Shown here: positions 25,632-28,653 of the stretch, piece by piece
Layout: each line of letters begins with the position of its first letter
Numbering within the stretch: position 1 is the first letter of the stretch
DNA from: a virus
Taxonomy: Duplodnaviria > Caudoviricetes
Direction: 5' to 3' (one strand)
IMG/VR virus record: IMGVR_UViG_3300043423_000097
Coordinates: 1 to 28,653 of that record
Length of the DNA: 28,653 nt
Translations under genes and position numbers: made by a program
Notes under the pieces: model-generated
The model's input: only the letters and a program-made list of their open reading frames with translations
Told to the model about the DNA's origin: nothing
Database searches by the model: none

Positions 25632-26868
25632 AGGCATTTTCGTTTCTGACGCAGGCGGCCTGAACGAGCGGCAAGACAGCCTCTCTTCGGTCGTTTTGCG
25701 TGAACAGCGTGGCGGGGCTGTCCCGTTTTTCGCACTATCTTCAGGCATGGCCAGTGAAAACTTGACCACCGCAGTTTACAGCTGGTACGAAGAAGGCATG
25801 TGGTCGACACGTGGCGTGGTTATGTCGGTCAATGCCCCGCTTGGCAACATGCTGACGCTGGACGACACCTCGTGGGTTCATGAAAACATGATCTTCCAAG
25901 TCGAAACCACCGGCGAACAACTGCTGGTCTTGGGCGTTTCAGGTAACGTGCTGACAGTTCAGCGTAACATCGGCTCCACAGGCATCGCGCCTATCGTAGT
26001 AGGTGGTAGCGAAGTTGCTGTCCAACTTATCGGCACAGCATTCGAGGAAGGTTCCGAGCGCCCAACGGCAATTGCGTCCTCTCCTTATGTTCGCTGGAAC
26101 CAGTGCCAGATTTTCCGCCGTGCGTGGGATATCACCGGAACCGCGCAGGCCACGACTTACCGCTTTGGCGATCGGCAGGCCCGGAATAAAGCCGACGCGG
26201 CTATGTGGCATGCAGAAGACATGGAACGTTCGCTGCTCTGGGGCCGGCAGCACAGCGGTGTTATCAACAACAAGCCATTCCGCATGATGGACGGTATTTT
26301 GGCCCAGTTGCGCACGAACATTTTTGTTTCGCCGACAACTGGCCTCGATCGCCGGGCTTTGGACGACTACACCGAGCGTTTGTTCTCAAAGAACATCAAA
26401 GGCAAAGCCAACGAACGCATCACGTTCTGCGGTAACGTCACACTGCGCGCCCTGAATGAAATCGCGTATCGCTACGGCGAGTACTCGGTCACTCCGATGG
26501 ATAACGCGTTTGGCCTCGACTTCTACCGTTTCCGTTCGCAGTTCGGCACCCTGACGTTCATGGTCCACCCGATGATGAACGAAAGCCCGATTTGGGCGCG
26601 CGATATGTACTCGTTCCATCCGGCCGCCATGTCGGTTCAGTGGCTGCGTCGCACGTTCCACCAAGATGGCGACGATAGCGGTAAAGCCTCGGACTTGCGC
26701 GACGGCACGGCTGGCGTGTTTACGTCGGAATGCTCGGTCAAGTATGGTCTCGAGCAGACTGGCGCGATCATGACGGATATTTCGGCCGACTATTACGATC
26801 CGCGTGACCCGCAGGCCGTGATGGTTATGAACACCGCTGCACAGCCCGTCTTTACCGACGAAGTGTAA
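25621..26868 (+). CDS. major capsid protein, DUF5309/SU10 type (415 aa)
   Basis: YSWYEE, AFEEGS, NQCQIFRRAWDITGTAQAT, DMERSLLWG, RMMDGI, RSQFGTLTFMVHPMM; GGAG RBS. Confidence 0.9.
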   Translation: MAVKGIFVSDAGGLNERQDSLSSVVLREQRGGAVPFFALSSGMASENLTTAVYSWYEEGMWSTRGVVMSVNAPLGNMLTLDDTSWVHENMIFQVETTGEQLLVLGVSGNVLTVQRNIGSTGIAPIVVGGSEVAVQLIGTAFEEGSERPTAIASSPYVRWNQCQIFRRAWDITGTAQATTYRFGDRQARNKADAAMWHAEDMERSLLWGRQHSGVINNKPFRMMDGILAQLRTNIFVSPTTGLDRRALDDYTERLFSKNIKGKANERITFCGNVTLRALNEIAYRYGEYSVTPMDNAFGLDFYRFRSQFGTLTFMVHPMMNESPIWARDMYSFHPAAMSVQWLRRTFHQDGDDSGKASDLRDGTAGVFTSECSVKYGLEQTGAIMTDISADYYDPRDPQAVMVMNTAAQPVFTDEV

Positions 26869-26934
26869 GCAACCTTGGGGGCGGGTAATTCTGCCCCCTA
26901 CTCCCCTGTCACCTATAACCGAACGGAGCCCGAT

Positions 26935-27600
26935 ATGACCATCACCGGACTGAACGCGCAGCCCAAAGCAGCAGCCCTGCCTGAAGCTGCTGAACTGGAG
27001 TCTAAGCCTGCCATGGCGCCCAGCGTACCAGAAAACGATCCTTCCGCAAAAGCCGCGTTTGACGCAGTTATGAGCGTCCTCACCGCGCCCCCAGAAAAGG
27101 CGGCACCTGCCCCGACTGCGCTGGAAACCGCTGTGCGCCCTGCCGCGAAACAAGCGGCCCCTGCAGCAAACACGCAGTCTGTGCTAGCTACCGTGGACGA
27201 AACCGCGCGGAAGCTTGACCACGTTGCGCCAAAAACAACGCTGCACTTCATTTCCCGCTACCCAACGCTTACACTGTACGTAGACGTGGGTTTCCGTGAG
27301 CAGCACCAAGGCGTTGGTATCGTGCGCAACGTGCCCATTCGCTTCAAAGACGGCCGGTACCTCACCGAAAATCTGGAAGTAGCCAAGGCATTGCGCGCCC
27401 ATCCGAAGTTTAACGCCATGTTCCAAGAAGCCCAAACGGCGCAATTGGCCGCCTATGTCGCAGGTGCCGCGCGGGCCCGGGAAATGATGCGGAGTAACAT
27501 TACCGCAGGGCCCGCCTCGTCCGCGGACAGTAACGACTTCGCACAGATGGGCCGTATGACTGAACTGGACAACATCGACAATACGCTGTTCAGAATGTAA
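26935..27600 (+). CDS. hypothetical virion-associated protein (221 aa, MTITGL)
   Basis: GGAG RBS; IRFKDGRYLTEN segment; lies between the capsid and connector genes. Confidence 0.7.
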   Translation: MTITGLNAQPKAAALPEAAELESKPAMAPSVPENDPSAKAAFDAVMSVLTAPPEKAAPAPTALETAVRPAAKQAAPAANTQSVLATVDETARKLDHVAPKTTLHFISRYPTLTLYVDVGFREQHQGVGIVRNVPIRFKDGRYLTENLEVAKALRAHPKFNAMFQEAQTAQLAAYVAGAARAREMMRSNITAGPASSADSNDFAQMGRMTELDNIDNTLFRM

Positions 27601-28241
27601 TGTTCTCAGAGTTGGTAGATCGGGCCGTGCACATCGCCGGACGTCCAGACTGCCTTGCTGATATCACGTACTTTGCTAACGAAACTATGCGTGATATCAG
27701 CAAGCGCGACGATTGGCCCGATGATATGGTCGAGGAAGAAGTCTTAGTACCCCTAGGCCAGTCAAGTCTAGACTGGAAGCCTGAAGTCGGGCGCGCACGT
27801 TTTCGCCGTGAAACTTATATCGTCGACGGTTGCGGTTGCGAACCAACTGCGGTAAATCCAAGTCGCCGCATGAAAAAGCTTGACCGGTTTTATTACAGGT
27901 CCGGTGACAGTTTTATCTTCAAAGGTTGTTGTTCACCTGTTAAAATCGCGTATTACGCCTACCAACCTTGGCTCCAGTACCACCCGGAAAATACGCGGCC
28001 CGCACAGTTCAGTACGGAAACCAATGATTACGGAACAGCGTCCGCCGCCGCAATTGACTTGGTGGCTAACTGGATGCTGGAACGCCACAATAACGTGATA
28101 CTGCAAGGTACTTTGGCGAAGTTTTTCTCTTCAAAGCAAGACCCACGGCAGCAGGTGCACTACTCGGCTTACGAGCAAGGTATCACGCACATTATCCGCA
28201 GCGAAAGCAACCGGGAAATCCTCGGAGGCAGACGCGGCTGA
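27600..28241 (+). CDS. putative head-tail adaptor / tail tubular protein A
   Basis: MFSELVDRAVHIAGRPD N-terminus; NWMLERHNNVILQG; size and position. Confidence 0.65.
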   Translation: MFSELVDRAVHIAGRPDCLADITYFANETMRDISKRDDWPDDMVEEEVLVPLGQSSLDWKPEVGRARFRRETYIVDGCGCEPTAVNPSRRMKKLDRFYYRSGDSFIFKGCCSPVKIAYYAYQPWLQYHPENTRPAQFSTETNDYGTASAAAIDLVANWMLERHNNVILQGTLAKFFSSKQDPRQQVHYSAYEQGITHIIRSESNREILGGRRG

Positions 28242-28243
28242 TA

Positions 28244-28280
28244 TGTGGGCCGGAACTTCGTCGGGCGGTTCCGGCCCACA
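28244..28280 (+). terminator. 13-bp stem-loop (terminator or processing site)
   Basis: TGTGGGCCGGAAC / GTTCCGGCCCACA followed by ACTTTC. Confidence 0.55.
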
Positions 28281-28295
28281 ACTTTCGGAGGTAAC

Positions 28296-28653
28296 ATGTT
28301 TGCGCAAACGTTTCAGATAGGCCAGTACCTTCCAGCCTACGCCGACGAACAGTCAGGAAAAATTTCGGACCAGTTGTCCGTCGTTGACGGGGTGAATTTC
28401 GCATGGCGCGCTAATAGCGTGTTTTCGGCGCACGGACACGCTCCCGGTGTTTTGCTCGCTGGAACTCCAATGCTTCATCCTTACAATTTCATAATCAATG
28501 ACGATCAATTCGCGATGCTCGAGGATGGCGTGTACCGCGATAATCGGACGGGCAGCTGGTCCAAAGTTTTTTCATTCGGTGCGGTAGTTGCGCACGGTAC
28601 TTGGCCACTAGACCGGTACAAATGGTCAAGTGCTTACGTTGGCACTCGCCACT
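28296..28653 (+). CDS. putative tail tubular protein B / DNA stabilisation protein, partial
   Basis: GGAGGT RBS; open to the window end (MFAQTFQIGQYLPAY...KWSSAYVGTRH); beta-rich; follows the adaptor gene. Confidence 0.55.
   Translation, partial: MFAQTFQIGQYLPAYADEQSGKISDQLSVVDGVNFAWRANSVFSAHGHAPGVLLAGTPMLHPYNFIINDDQFAMLEDGVYRDNRTGSWSKVFSFGAVVAHGTWPLDRYKWSSAYVGTRH

Noticed and set aside
18636-28404. Minus-strand ORFs in the right arm (e.g. 26386-27153, 22837-23325)
   Set aside because: They are antisense to the terminase, portal and capsid genes, as expected in GC-rich DNA.
1-28653. Assignment to a named phage genus, prophage status, tRNAs or introns
   Set aside because: A taxon cannot be supported without searches; no integrase, repressor, tRNA cloverleaf or split gene was seen.

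Overview
This window is an internal 28.7 kb part of a tailed dsDNA phage genome, probably podovirus-like; an alphaproteobacterial host is only a weak guess. The left arm (1-16332, minus strand) is the DNA metabolism module. It encodes a DUF3987/YfjI-like P-loop ATPase (truncated by the window edge and absent from the ORF track), a divergent family A DNA polymerase with a degenerate UDG-like N-terminus, a DUF669-like SSB, a Sak4-like ATPase, a Cas4/AddB-like Fe-S exonuclease, a RecD/Dda-like SF1B helicase and many small hypotheticals. Divergent sigma70-like promoters at about 16.4 kb separate it from the right arm (plus strand). The right arm holds small early genes, a 560-bp structured non-coding region, a 334-aa unknown protein and a candidate packaging region. 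These are followed by TerS, TerL, portal, a DUF6378 gene, scaffold, a DUF5309/SU10-type major capsid protein and tail connector genes. No integrase, RNA polymerase, primase, tRNA or CRISPR array was seen. The most notable observations are: the PolA active-site substitutions (steric gate E to D, His at position 762); a recurring acidic/hydrophobic short motif family in many unrelated proteins; a QLSLF clamp-type motif in a 76-aa protein; a long imperfect inverted repeat around an AT-rich core; and a strand-skew switch that does not follow transcription direction. All family calls come from motif recognition by eye, not from database searches.
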